Below are positions 19,212 through 29,740 of a stretch of 64,000 nucleotides of DNA, one piece after another; position 1 is the first letter of the stretch; each line of letters opens with the position of its first letter. The translations under genes were made by a program, and so were the position numbers. The notes beneath the pieces are model-generated. The model saw nothing but the letters and a program-made list of their open reading frames with translations, was not told where the DNA came from and did no database searches. The stretch is taken from the sequence record NZ_CP118990.1; one strand, written 5' to 3'. Origin of the DNA: a plasmid.

Positions 19212-21008
19212 ATGTCCAAGAAAAGAACCATCTATAGCGCCTTGCCTATCGTGGCAGCTGCTTATGGAGAGAAGCTCGGTGTCAAAGTGGCGATCGGTAA
19301 CGATACCGCTTACACCGACGGAAAAACCATCGTGGTACCGAATATCCCTGACGATTATCCGAACATGGATGCCGTCTGGGGGTATTTGGCTCATGAGGCT
19401 GCCCACGTCCGTTTTACGGATTTTGGCGTGCATCGCCGTAAAGGCCTTCATGCTGAGCTGTCCAACATCCTGGAGGACTGCCGCATCGAACGGGCCATGA
19501 TGGATCTCTTCCCCGGTACCGCGCAAACCCTGAACGAAGTGGCTCGTTATATGGCGCAAGCAGGCCATTATGAGCATGTTACGGATGACGAGGCCCCGGC
19601 CTCGATCCTGACAGGGTTTTGCCTCTACTGGTTGCAAACCAAGGCTGTGGGCCAAACAGTCCTGCAACCCTACCTCGATTCGGCAACCACCGTTATCGGG
19701 CGAGTGTTCCCTCAAGGTGTCGTTGTGCGGCTCAACGCTTTGCTGCGTAAAGCCGTGAATACGAAATCCACCGCTGAGGTTATTTCCTTGACCGACGAGA
19801 TCATCAAAATGATTGAGGAGGAGAAGGAGAAAGAAGAGCAAAAATCCCAGAATGGTCAGGGTGATCAAAATCAGCAAAATGCAGGTGGCGAGCAACCTCA
19901 GAACAATCCGGGCGGGAGTGGGCAGGATCAAAATCAAAGCGCAGGTGGCAATGGTGGCGATCAGCAAGGCAAAGACCAGAAGCAAGAAGGGGCTGGTGGT
20001 CAGTCTGATCCGAAAGGACAAGGCGACCAAGGCTCATCGAATGCCGATGGGAGCACTCAGGCAGGACAGCAATCTGCTGGTGGTGATAATGGCACGTCCA
20101 AACAGGACGCGGCCAAGTTGCTCCAACAGGTTCTTAATGCCGGTGCAGGTGATTTGCGTGGTGACGCGCATGATGCACTGAAAGCTGAGCTCAACCAGGT
20201 GGCACAGGAGCAGGGCAACAGCAGCTATACGACTGTTCGCACTGCCAGTGACACTCACAACAACCCCATCGCAGGTAAAAGCCTGATTGGGAATGTAAAG
20301 AGCACCACGGCCAAGATCAGAACGCAGCTCTACGGCCTGGTACAAGCCAGCCAGCGAGTTGCTCATCGCACTCAGCGTTCAGGGAAGCGTGTTGACGCAC
20401 GGAAGCTACATCGCGTAGTTACCGGCGACACCCGCGTCTTCCTCAAACCGGAAGACAAGAAACGCCCGAACACGGCGGTTCACATCCTAGTTGATATGAG
20501 CTCGTCTATGTCCTATCGGGCAGCCAATGGGAAGGAGCGTCAGGACATCGCACGGGAAGCATCCCTCGCCATTGCTATGGCGCTGGAGGCGATCCCCGGA
20601 GTGAATCCGGCCGTTACCTTCTTTGGTGGCGACGATAATCAACCGGTGTTCAGTGCTGTGAAACATGGAGAGACTGTTCAGAATCGGGCCGGTCGGTTCG
20701 GGTTCAAAGCGAGAGGTAATACCCCGATGGCGGAAGCCATTTGGTATGCTGCCTTTGAACTCACTAAGACCCGTGAAGAACGAAAGATGTTGATCGTAGT
20801 GACAGATGGGGCACCTCAAAATGCCCCGGCCTGTAGCTCTGTCATCAACCTCTGTGAACGCAGTGATGTTGAAGTAATCGGCATTGGAGTTGAGACCAAC
20901 GCGGTAACAAGACTGTTCCCAACGAACATTGTCATTGATGACGCGGCGGCTCTCCAGCGCACGTTGTTCAAGTTGCTTGAGCGGTCCCTGACCTCTTTCG
21001 CGGCTTGA
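19212..21008 (+). CDS. CobT-like von Willebrand factor A (VWA) domain protein with Gln/Gly-rich low-complexity linker
   Basis: MIDAS motif DMSSSMS (DxSxS) at the start of a C-terminal VWA domain; repetitive QNGQGDQNQQNAGG... linker at ~19830-20110; partner of the AAA ATPase at 13667. Confidence 0.7.
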   Translation: MSKKRTIYSALPIVAAAYGEKLGVKVAIGNDTAYTDGKTIVVPNIPDDYPNMDAVWGYLAHEAAHVRFTDFGVHRRKGLHAELSNILEDCRIERAMMDLFPGTAQTLNEVARYMAQAGHYEHVTDDEAPASILTGFCLYWLQTKAVGQTVLQPYLDSATTVIGRVFPQGVVVRLNALLRKAVNTKSTAEVISLTDEIIKMIEEEKEKEEQKSQNGQGDQNQQNAGGEQPQNNPGGSGQDQNQSAGGNGGDQQGKDQKQEGAGGQSDPKGQGDQGSSNADGSTQAGQQSAGGDNGTSKQDAAKLLQQVLNAGAGDLRGDAHDALKAELNQVAQEQGNSSYTTVRTASDTHNNPIAGKSLIGNVKSTTAKIRTQLYGLVQASQRVAHRTQRSGKRVDARKLHRVVTGDTRVFLKPEDKKRPNTAVHILVDMSSSMSYRAANGKERQDIAREASLAIAMALEAIPGVNPAVTFFGGDDNQPVFSAVKHGETVQNRAGRFGFKARGNTPMAEAIWYAAFELTKTREERKMLIVVTDGAPQNAPACSSVINLCERSDVEVIGIGVETNAVTRLFPTNIVIDDAAALQRTLFKLLERSLTSFAA

Positions 21009-21113
21009 TTGAGCATAAAGCGGCTACCCCTGGGTAGCCGCCAGTTTTTGAACCCATCGGGGGCTGAGTTCCCCTAATGGGGATGAAGCCTCAATGTTTT
21101 TGAGGAAATCATC

Positions 21114-21314
21114 ATGGAAAACACCACAACCATCACGACCACGAAAGGCTACACACTGAAAGTGCTTCGTGAGGGTTTGTACTACCAATGCACACATCTG
21201 AATGGCGTCGAGTTGACGCCAGACTATCAAGATGTACTGGTACTGAAAACCGACGCTTCCTTCCTCTGCGGGGCGGCATACACCCCAGCAAACTGGGCCG
21301 GTGTGAAAGTGTAG
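21114..21314 (+). CDS. Small hypothetical protein
   Basis: GAGGAA RBS; preceded by AACCC hairpin. Confidence 0.4.
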   Translation: MENTTTITTTKGYTLKVLREGLYYQCTHLNGVELTPDYQDVLVLKTDASFLCGAAYTPANWAGVKV

Positions 21315-21447
21315 TGTGGGATCAATCTGGTCCCGTGCTGTGAAACGATAAGCGGTTACCCCTTGGGTCACCGCCCTTTATTAAAACCCACAGGGGGCTG
21401 ATTTCCCCCTGCTGGGGGATGAGGCCTCTGATTATCGAGGAATACTC

Positions 21448-21939
21448 ATGTCCATCATTTCTTTCAACATCCAAGTAGTGAAAAAGCTTGTAGACGAACT
21501 CAAAGCCACACAAGCCTACTCAGCCAGCACTGGTGATCTGTTCAATCCCGGTATGTATCCGGATGGCGTTCCACGCGATGAACATGGCCGCAGTGAGCAG
21601 GAAGCTGAGAAGTTAGGTGGGTTCTTTTGGCCGTCTTCAAAGTACATCGACCAGAGCAAAGTGAAGCCTTCGCTGGTGCTGGTAGGGGATCATGGCTTGT
21701 ACTTGATCACCAACGCAAAAGCTGAAGGTACTCCGGCCTCTCGTGGAACAGTGGTCTATGCAGCTGGTTGCAATCCCAAGCTGGATGATGACTTCTACGA
21801 GAATAAGTGCGACCTCTTTGGTGGTGATGATGGTTCGGTAAGCCTTCCTATGGAATGGGCCGAATGGGCTATCCAGAACAAGAAGAGAACTTTCCGCTTG
21901 AAATCCACCCGCGGCTCTATTTCGTTGGTGACTAAGTGA
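21448..21939 (+). CDS. Hypothetical protein
   Basis: GAGGAA RBS; preceded by AACCC hairpin. Confidence 0.5.
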   Translation: MSIISFNIQVVKKLVDELKATQAYSASTGDLFNPGMYPDGVPRDEHGRSEQEAEKLGGFFWPSSKYIDQSKVKPSLVLVGDHGLYLITNAKAEGTPASRGTVVYAAGCNPKLDDDFYENKCDLFGGDDGSVSLPMEWAEWAIQNKKRTFRLKSTRGSISLVTK

Positions 21940-22075
21940 GAAATGCACCCAACAGGGTGCAATAATCCAGACGGTTGTCCCCTTTGGGGATGGCCGTCTG
22001 TCACGGTTATTTCACCCGTAAAGGGCAGCTTGAGCGTTATCGCTTATGCTGTTGCTGTGCAACAATTTAAGCATG

Positions 22076-22212
22076 AGGGGGGGGTCCCCTCCTGCTTTCC
22101 TAGGGGCATAAAATTTCACATGTGAAATTGTTTGTGTCACTCGGAAAGCAAGATTTTGCTCTTTGTCGAGAGTGAAGCGTGAGATAGCTGGTCTCCCAAA
22201 ACAAACAGCAAT
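22076..22212 (+). promoter_or_regulatory. Full A-type copy of the conserved ~135-bp module
   Basis: GGGG..CCCC hairpin-ctgctttcc-ataaaatttcacatgtgaaat-tcggaaagcaagattttgctct(hairpin)gagagtgaa-cgtgagatagctggtctcccaaaacaaacagcaat; copies at 26281 and 36871. Confidence 0.65.
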
Positions 22213-22280
22213 CTACCTCAGCCCCTCGGGCGCACAGCGCCCGTTGGGTCATGTGCGTCCTCAACACTTAAGGAACGCAT

Positions 22281-22820
22281 ATGACTAACATCGAAAAAAT
22301 CAAAGCAGAAATGCTGAGCATCTCCAAGAAGAACAAGCTGCCGGAATTTTACGTGGAGGATTTGTCTAAGGACTTATCCCTCGTAGAGACGTTCAGCGGT
22401 CACAAGTTGGTATGGGTACTCCGCACTTGCGGGTCTGCCCTGGTGCCGACAAAGGTTGGGGTTCACCCCACTCATGTGACTCACTGGATCTGGGGGAACT
22501 CAGGACAGCAAATCATTACGTACTCGGTTGATACCCTTAGCGGCGTCATCGAGAAGATCGACTTCGAAGAAGCGGAACGCATGATCATGCAGCCGCCACG
22601 CCAGCTCACTCTTTCCCTCGGGAAGGAGGCTATATCCAAACAGGTCAACGAAGTGTTGGCTCTTGGGTGTGACCTCAAGGTCTGGGGGATTTTCGAGTCA
22701 CCGTCCAACGTTGACTCGATAGGTGGCTGGGCTCAGTGGCAGCAATATTTCCTGACCTCCGGAAATCACCTGATGGCTGATTTCGTGGGCAAGGCAATTC
22801 GCTTCACTAGCCAGCGCTGA
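22281..22820 (+). CDS. Hypothetical protein
   Basis: AAGGAA RBS; first gene after the A-type module. Confidence 0.5.
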   Translation: MTNIEKIKAEMLSISKKNKLPEFYVEDLSKDLSLVETFSGHKLVWVLRTCGSALVPTKVGVHPTHVTHWIWGNSGQQIITYSVDTLSGVIEKIDFEEAERMIMQPPRQLTLSLGKEAISKQVNEVLALGCDLKVWGIFESPSNVDSIGGWAQWQQYFLTSGNHLMADFVGKAIRFTSQR

Positions 22821-22933
22821 TAGGAGGCGATCATGATCGAACCTATCCGGTACTACTGACACTCAATAACAACCCTCTGGGGCCATGCTGCCCCAAGGGG
22901 CTGGTGGCTCCAAAACATCACTAAGGAGCCCCT

Positions 22934-23428
22934 ATGAACAACCTATCCACCTTGGAAACGATGATCACCCGTGACAGTGCGGCTCTTCGCTTTGTCGAAC
23001 AGCTCGATAAGAACGAACTGAGCTCTCTATCCGGGGAGATTTTTGCCAAGTTCTACTGGTACAAACGTAATCCCCAGTGGTTCAAAAAAGATACCAACCG
23101 ACAATTCGCTCGGCTTCGTTGGATCTGGCGCATCATCAAGAAACGCCTGAGTACCGGGCGGGCCAAGCCTGAATTGACTGTGCATGGTTCCGAGATGGAG
23201 CGCTTCAAACACCTCGGTGGAGATGCCTGGATGTTTTTCCGACATCACCTCGGAACCGGTTGGGAGATCGCTTTCGTGCCATCTCCTTACAGTGGTTTTT
23301 GGGTAAACGTGCATGAGCTACAGCTCTGTACCTACTGCGAAGGTGATGTGGTCATGATGAGGTCTCCTGATGAAGGATCCTTCGAACGTGATTACGGTCG
23401 TCTGTGCCAGTGGTACGAGGACAATTAA
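22934..23428 (+). CDS. Hypothetical protein
   Basis: AAGGAG RBS; preceded by AACCC hairpin. Confidence 0.5.
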   Translation: MNNLSTLETMITRDSAALRFVEQLDKNELSSLSGEIFAKFYWYKRNPQWFKKDTNRQFARLRWIWRIIKKRLSTGRAKPELTVHGSEMERFKHLGGDAWMFFRHHLGTGWEIAFVPSPYSGFWVNVHELQLCTYCEGDVVMMRSPDEGSFERDYGRLCQWYEDN

Positions 23429-23494
23429 TCCCTAACCAGGGGCGAACATGCCCCTGACGGGGGCAGGTGCGCCCCATCCAAAATGGAGGACACC

Positions 23495-24379
23495 ATGTTC
23501 AAATCGTCAGTATGCTCCTATGAAAATCGGGGGCCTTATGGAAACAACAAGTATCGCGGCAACTGCACGGGTCACATCGTAAAAGACTTTATCGAGTCTT
23601 ACATGAGAAAGCCCGAAGGCCTGGTTGCAGACCCCAGTATCGGGGGAGGATCCAGTGTCGATGTCGCCAACGAACTTGGTGTTCGTTTCAAAGGCACAGA
23701 CCTGCACCAGGGGTTCAATCTGTTGCGGGACGACTTCCGGGCGTTTCTCGGAGAGCCTGCCCATCTAATCTGGTGGCATCCACCTTACTGGGACATGATC
23801 CAATATTCCGGTGAGCAGTGGGGAGAGCCACATAAGTGGGATATGAGTCGAATGACCTTACCTGCCTTTGTGGAAGCGCTGGAGCTCGCAATCATGAATA
23901 TTCATGATGCTTGCGAACCGGGCGGCCACTACGGGATCTTGATGGGCAATCTGAGGCGGGAAGGGGACTACTACAACCTGTCCAGTCTCGTTGAGCGTCT
24001 GGCTCCTGGGAAGCTGGTGGATGAGATCATCAAGACGCAGCACAACTGTGTCAGTGATCGCACCCAGTATGCCGGGAAGCTAGTCCGTATCTCACATGAA
24101 AAGCTCCTCGTGTTTCGTCGTAGTGATTCCACTACATCGCTTCGTCTTCTTCCTGCTGTTGACCGTAGAGCCACCAAATCGGTTGCGACTACCTGGAGTG
24201 CAGCGATAAGGCGTGTGATGCAGGGAAAGACGTTAACGCTAGAGCAGATTTATCAAGAGATGGAGGCTTATGCGAAACACTTTGATAGTCAGTATTGGCG
24301 TGAAAATGTCAGGCAAATTATCGAAGACAGTAAGTTTTTTGTTCAACGCGAGGCCGGTGTCTATGCACTTGCTGAGTAG
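23495..24379 (+). CDS. Putative orphan DNA methyltransferase (N6-adenine/N4-cytosine type)
   Basis: Motif I-like DPSIGGGSS followed ~45 aa later by the catalytic (D/N/S)PP(Y/F/W)-type motif WWHPPYW; GGAGGA RBS. Confidence 0.5.
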   Translation: MFKSSVCSYENRGPYGNNKYRGNCTGHIVKDFIESYMRKPEGLVADPSIGGGSSVDVANELGVRFKGTDLHQGFNLLRDDFRAFLGEPAHLIWWHPPYWDMIQYSGEQWGEPHKWDMSRMTLPAFVEALELAIMNIHDACEPGGHYGILMGNLRREGDYYNLSSLVERLAPGKLVDEIIKTQHNCVSDRTQYAGKLVRISHEKLLVFRRSDSTTSLRLLPAVDRRATKSVATTWSAAIRRVMQGKTLTLEQIYQEMEAYAKHFDSQYWRENVRQIIEDSKFFVQREAGVYALAE

Positions 24380-24443
24380 CCCTTCCGTGGCGTGACTTCC
24401 CGGATGGGCTGGTCACGTTCTCTTAACCCTAAGGAACATGACC

Positions 24444-24668
24444 ATGAATATTGAGCTCCGTGCCAGCAGTGATGTGCTGTTGGTTCAGATCGAACGCAAG
24501 GGCCTTACTGTCGAAACACATTGTCGCAGTGGCTTTTGTGGCATGTGTAGGACTCGTCTCGTCAAAGGCCAAGTCGCCTATGAAGAGATGCCGATAGCAT
24601 TTGTGAACGAAGGGGAAGTATTGGTTTGTTGCGCTAAAGCAAAGACTGACGTGACCCTTGAAATTTAA
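24444..24668 (+). CDS. YfaE-like 2Fe-2S ferredoxin
   Basis: CRSGFCGMCRTRLVKGQV...VLVCC closely parallels the E. coli YfaE ferredoxin (CREGYCGSCRTRLVAGQV...ILPCC) that maintains the class Ia RNR diferric-tyrosyl cofactor. Confidence 0.55.
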   Translation: MNIELRASSDVLLVQIERKGLTVETHCRSGFCGMCRTRLVKGQVAYEEMPIAFVNEGEVLVCCAKAKTDVTLEI

Positions 24669-24728
24669 CCCACCCGGAGGGGCCAACCCCCGAGGGGTGA
24701 GGTTCCTCTGAAATATGAGGAAAAGAAT

Positions 24729-25133
24729 ATGTCCACCAAAACTCAACTGGAACAGATCGCCTACAACCACGCTGCCGCGATGATGCTCAGTGATCTGGGA
24801 ACGCATGAAAATGGCTATTCAGCCTATCTGTATTTGTGCGAGCTGGCTGAAAAAAGTGAAGATTCCAACGAACAGCTACCCGACGATATTTCTGCTTGGG
24901 GGCCCTTCGAAAATTGGAATTTGCTCGATGTTCTGAATCAGATCGACTGTGAGGCCGAAGCGCTGCTTCCCACGCTGGAGACTGTTCTGACATTCGCTCA
25001 CAAAGGCATTGTGCAATCTGCTATTGATTGCACCCTGGATTCGGACATGAACCTGCTTGATCTGAAAGATATGGTCGAAAAGGGGAGTGAGCTCGAACAG
25101 GCGGAGACTGTTGGAGGTGTGTATGCAGCTTAA
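24729..25133 (+). CDS. Acidic hypothetical protein
   Basis: RBS; preceded by AACCC hairpin. Confidence 0.45.
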   Translation: MSTKTQLEQIAYNHAAAMMLSDLGTHENGYSAYLYLCELAEKSEDSNEQLPDDISAWGPFENWNLLDVLNQIDCEAEALLPTLETVLTFAHKGIVQSAIDCTLDSDMNLLDLKDMVEKGSELEQAETVGGVYAA

Positions 25134-25575
25134 TCGATTCACAGCTCAAGGTGCCGACAAAAGCCGGATCCTGCGAGCCATCGGTTGGTGCCGACGTAAC
25201 CACCTTTCACTGGCTGGTCTGCCGTTTGATGAGAAGCTGTCCGGGAGTGAAGGGATCAACCTGGAGATTATTTCTCCTCCGGGTGTGTCGCGTGAAATGC
25301 TGACCCAGGCCATTAGTGAAGGCTACTCCGAGCGTGATGTCGTCAGGCATCGCATTTTGGAGTGTCCTCTAGGTTGGTTCATGGAGGCGGAAGGCCGGTC
25401 CTTTGATCAGGACATGTTCCATGACTATGTGGTTGCACATGGTTATGGAGAGCCTTCCACCGAAGCCTATGAGCTGGCAGAGAAGTGGTTCTGGCAAGGC
25501 CATGATTATGCAGTGATCGCCGCAGAAGTCGTTGCGCGTGACCTCTGCATCTGTGATGACGACGATGATGACTAA
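25123..25575 (+). CDS. Hypothetical protein with poly-Asp C-terminus (CDDDDDD)
   Basis: GGAGGTG RBS; overlaps the upstream stop. Confidence 0.45.
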   Translation: MQLNRFTAQGADKSRILRAIGWCRRNHLSLAGLPFDEKLSGSEGINLEIISPPGVSREMLTQAISEGYSERDVVRHRILECPLGWFMEAEGRSFDQDMFHDYVVAHGYGEPSTEAYELAEKWFWQGHDYAVIAAEVVARDLCICDDDDDD

Positions 25576-25675
25576 GCCAATGGCCGTGATCACCGAGTTG
25601 TTGCTCATGAACTGTTAACCCACGGCGCCACTCGCCCTGATGGGGGAGGGTCCTCTGTTCACAATGGAGAAGACC

Positions 25676-25867
25676 ATGACAGAACACAGTCAACTGATAG
25701 TGTTTCCAGGGAACAATTCTGAGTCGGTTGCAGAGGCCAGGGCCATGCTGAGCGCGGTGTCGAAAGATGCCAGCCGAGCAAGCAATCCGGAGCATAAACG
25801 TGACCTTGAATCGCTTTACGACTGGCTGGAGGAGAATATCAATTCTCGTCTGGTGGGCGCGAAGTAA
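25676..25867 (+). CDS. Small hypothetical protein
   Basis: GGAGAAG RBS. Confidence 0.35.
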   Translation: MTEHSQLIVFPGNNSESVAEARAMLSAVSKDASRASNPEHKRDLESLYDWLEENINSRLVGAK

Positions 25868-25934
25868 CGATGACTCTAACCCTACCGGGGCACTGTGCCC
25901 TGTTGGGGACATGGTGCCCGTCTAAGGAGCTACC

Positions 25935-26288
25935 ATGAGTGCAGTGAAACTGATCCAGAATGTAAACCAGCTTGAGCTACAACTTTTCTTTCTGGAAGAG
26001 ATGCCTAAAACCGCAGAAATTATCCCGTTAGAGCCGAAGCTTGAATGGACTGATGATGAGGTTTGGCAATTACGAGACGGACTGCTCTGGCATAGCCTGA
26101 GAGTCCTGGCCGATGGTCGAGCTGGAGTGGAGATCAAACGGGAGACGATGGGGTGGATGATGTCAGATGACATCCATCCGTTCTCGTTCGTCGTCTGTTG
26201 CGCTCAAGCGGGCTATGACCCATCTGGTATTAGGGAAGGCGTTGAGTCTATCCTAAACCGCCTTGCGCGGGTTAAAGTGGGGGGGTAA
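25935..26288 (+). CDS. Hypothetical protein
   Basis: TAAGGAG RBS. Confidence 0.45.
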   Translation: MSAVKLIQNVNQLELQLFFLEEMPKTAEIIPLEPKLEWTDDEVWQLRDGLLWHSLRVLADGRAGVEIKRETMGWMMSDDIHPFSFVVCCAQAGYDPSGIREGVESILNRLARVKVGG

Positions 26289-26412
26289 CCCCCTGCTTTC
26301 CCAGAGGCATAAAATTTCACATGTGAAAATTTTTTGTGTCTCTCGGAAAGCAAGATTTTGCTCTCTGTCGAGAGTGAAACGTGAGATAGCTGGTCTCCCA
26401 AAACAAGCAGCA
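26281..26412 (+). promoter_or_regulatory. Full A-type copy of the conserved module
   Basis: See 22076; includes the tttcacatgtgaaa palindrome. Confidence 0.65.
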
Positions 26413-26517
26413 TATAGCCTATCCTGACCGGCATCTCCGGTCAGACCATCAAAAACCCATTGGGACGTACACTCCCTTTCGGGTCGTGCGTCCTTCTTTA
26501 CCCCTAAGGAGTACGCC

Positions 26518-26847
26518 ATGAATGTAAATATCAAAACCCTGGTTCTTGAGGCGATCAAAGAAACACTTCGCGTGGCTCAACGCCAAACTCAGAAGCAGCG
26601 GCCAATCGACAACCTCGATGCCGAGTCTATTTGCCACCGCTTCCTCACTGAAAAGGAGGATGCGCTCACCCATGGTACCGATAGCTATGGCTACTGGTTG
26701 ACCGCCTTCATCGAAAGCGATGCTGGTCTGGATGAGGCTGTCGAACTTGATGAAGTAGTTGCCAAGTTGAAGGATGGATTCACTTCCGGCTTCGGCTCTT
26801 GTGAATCAGGGCAGTATTGTTTTGATGTTCACGAGCAGGCTCATTAG
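26518..26847 (+). CDS. Hypothetical protein
   Basis: TAAGGAG RBS. Confidence 0.45.
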   Translation: MNVNIKTLVLEAIKETLRVAQRQTQKQRPIDNLDAESICHRFLTEKEDALTHGTDSYGYWLTAFIESDAGLDEAVELDEVVAKLKDGFTSGFGSCESGQYCFDVHEQAH

Positions 26848-26917
26848 AAATCCAACCCAATCAGGGCGCATACCCTGCTGGGATACTGCGTCCTATTCTT
26901 GATAGGAGTGCACGACC

Positions 26918-27187
26918 ATGGCATACGCAAGTTTGCTACCAGATCAACGGTTCAATGAGATCTACGACTTGCTGAACCAACGAGTGGCTGCGGCCGCCAA
27001 CGCTGCGTATAACGCGAAGCTGGCGAAAGCGAAAACCCGTAAGCAGCGTGAGTCCTGTGCAGGGCACTACCCAAGCGACTGGTCAGTTCTATTTGGCCTG
27101 TGGTGTCGGGACAAAGTGACGAACTTGCATGTGCTTGACTGCCTGCGATTGGGTCATGTCTACAGCGGCCAGGATCTGGCTAGTTAG
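26918..27187 (+). CDS. Hypothetical protein
   Basis: TAGGAG RBS. Confidence 0.45.
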   Translation: MAYASLLPDQRFNEIYDLLNQRVAAAANAAYNAKLAKAKTRKQRESCAGHYPSDWSVLFGLWCRDKVTNLHVLDCLRLGHVYSGQDLAS

Positions 27188-27273
27188 ACTGTCCGTAATC
27201 AACTCAATTAACGCCAACCGGCGCATCCGCCCGGTTGGGACGTGATGCGCTCACAATTTACTTGGAGAGCATC

Positions 27274-27579
27274 ATGGAAAAATTACACCTCAAAGACGGG
27301 TACAGCATTTATTTTGCCGATGTCTATTTTGACGACGTGATCTATTCGATGGGTACCGGGCTGGGGTTCACCGACGTGATTTACGGCTATTCATTAGGCC
27401 GCGATCAACAGGAAGCCGAACAGCTGGTGACCGAGAAGTACAATGGAAAAGTTTCTGCAAAGCCCAACGGTGACGAGGTGCGGGTGAAGAAGGTCTATCT
27501 GCGACTCGCTCGCAGTCAGGACATCAACCGCTACACCTTCCCCGAGAACATGGCTGGGTACTCCCACGCCATTCAGTAA
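27274..27579 (+). CDS. Hypothetical protein
   Basis: GGAGAG RBS. Confidence 0.45.
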   Translation: MEKLHLKDGYSIYFADVYFDDVIYSMGTGLGFTDVIYGYSLGRDQQEAEQLVTEKYNGKVSAKPNGDEVRVKKVYLRLARSQDINRYTFPENMAGYSHAIQ

Positions 27580-27675
27580 TGCAGATCGCTTTGTACTGAC
27601 AACACACAAACCCAATTGGGGGCCACCACCCCCCGCTTGGGCCGGTAGTGGCCTCTCTTGCTAAAGGAGAAGGCT

Positions 27676-27972
27676 ATGTCCGGAATGAAATACATGAACA
27701 GCTGTGTGAATTGGCCGCAACATGATGTCAGCGCCGAAGGCGGATTGTCAGACATGGTGGATCTGTCCAGAGATGTCTCACGCAGTACCTTTTTGAAGCA
27801 TGTAGACCAGGCAGACCTCCACGAGTTGGAGGCTTGTTTAGGTTACTCACGCTCACCCAGGCAGGGTATGACCATGGCGGACGATTACCACGTCAGCTAC
27901 CACCGGTCGAAACTGCATGGTGACACCGTGTATTACTTGAAGCACTCAGCTATTGAGTACGTTTTCGCGTGA
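27676..27972 (+). CDS. Hypothetical protein
   Basis: AAAGGAGAAGG RBS. Confidence 0.45.
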   Translation: MSGMKYMNSCVNWPQHDVSAEGGLSDMVDLSRDVSRSTFLKHVDQADLHELEACLGYSRSPRQGMTMADDYHVSYHRSKLHGDTVYYLKHSAIEYVFA

Positions 27973-28055
27973 TACAACAAACACATTAACCCACTCGGGG
28001 CCACACCTCCCGACTGGGGCGGTAGTGGCTCTCCCGACACCAAGGAGATACAAAT

Positions 28056-29680
28056 ATGGCTACTATCGTTAACACCAAATTAGGGGAACATCGGGGCAAA
28101 CCGCGTGTGTGGCTGGAAGGCTACAAGCTGTTGCGTGAAGGCTACTCGCCTGGCACTAAGTTCGATCTGGAGTTGAGAGACTCTCAAATCGTTCTTCGGG
28201 TCAAGGAAGAGGGCAAGTTCACGGTCAGCAAGCGGGAGCGTAATGGCCGTGTCACCCCCATCATCGATTTGAACGCGCAGGAGCTCGCTACCGTCTTTGA
28301 CGGGGTTGAGATGCTCCGGGTGTTCATTCGTCAAGGCGCGATTCTGATCTCTGCTCATCATCAACATGAGCGAGTCGTTGAGCGTGTCAACCGCCTCACC
28401 AGCAAACTGGAGAAGGGAGAGCCTCTTTCGGTATGCAGCCTCTTCCATGGGGGCGGTGTGCTGGATAAAGCGATCCACGCGGGGTTTAAGAGATCGGGTA
28501 TCGCAAGCTCTATCGCGGTTGCTGTCGAGATGGAAGGGTCATATCTTGACTCGTCCCTCGCCAACAACCCTGAGCTGTGGGATGAAAACTCGATAGCTAT
28601 TGAGTCACCCATCCAGGCCGTGAACCTGAGCAGGAATCCCACGCAATGTGAGATCGTGATCGGCGGGATCCCCTGCACTGGAGCTTCTAAGAGTGGTCGT
28701 AGTAAGAACAAACTGGAATATGCCGAATCCCACCAGGATGCCGGAGCACTGTTCTTCAACTTCCTTGAGTTTGTCAAAGCTCTCAATCCAGCAATGGTTC
28801 TGATTGAGAACGTTCCCGAGTACCAGAAAACCGCCAGTATGGAGGTGATCCGGTCTGTGCTCTCCTCGCTAGGATACTTCGTGCAGGAACGCATACTCGA
28901 CGGTAATGAGTTCGGTGTCATTGAATGTCGCAAGCGTCTTTGCGTCGTTGCGCTTTCCCACGGGATTGATGGGTTTGACCTTGAACAGGTTCAGCCAGTC
29001 CGTACCAAAGAAAGCTGCATCAAAGACATTCTTGAGCCTGTCCCACTCGATTCTCAACGTTGGAAGTCATTCGACTATCTGGCGGATAAAGAATTGAGGG
29101 ACAAGCCGCAGGTAAGGGATTCGCACGTCAGCTCCTGACAGGTGATGAAGCTTTCTGCGGCACGGTAGGCAAGGGGTACTCAAAGTGTCGCTCAACCGAG
29201 CCGTTCATTGTTCATCCGGAGCAGAGTGAGCTATCCAGGCTCTTCACCCCAGCCGAACATTGTCGGATCAAGGGGATACCCGAGGAGCTGATTGATGGCC
29301 TGTCGGACACGACTGCTCACGAGATCCTCGGGCAGTCGGTTGCTTATCCTGCGTTCGAGGCCTTGGCCTCATCGCTTGGTAACAGCCTCTGGAGCTGGAG
29401 AGGTATGAAGCCACTCATAGTTGAGCTGGTGGATGATTCTCAGCCGACTATCGGTGGAGGAGACTTCCATTGGGCAACTGCTCTGGTTGACCTGAAAGGT
29501 ACCCTCACGCTATCGCCGACGGCGAAAAAGCTGGGGATGCCTATCCACGTTCGGGACGGCCAACTGGCCGTTTACTCCCGCACTGGTTCGAAGACAAGCC
29601 ACGGCCATGCGCCATGTGAGTATCTCCCGGTCATGCAGTCCGGAGATGCGATCATGGTTCAGTCGTCGCTTGTCCATTAG
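28056..29680 (+). pseudogene. C5-cytosine DNA methyltransferase (Dcm-like) interrupted by a frameshift near 29090-29140
   Basis: Frame A (28056-29138) carries motif I LFHGGGVLD, motif IV GIPCTGASKSG and IENVPEY. Frame B (open from 29090 to 29680) carries the C-terminal motifs RLFTPAEHCRIKGIPEEL and ILGQSVAYP (GNxV-like). The two halves overlap by ~50 nt in different frames. Confidence 0.6.
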
Positions 29681-29740
29681 CAACTCACCGGGGTAATGCC
29701 GAAAGGCAATTACCCCGGCCTATCCGAAAAGGAGTGAGTC

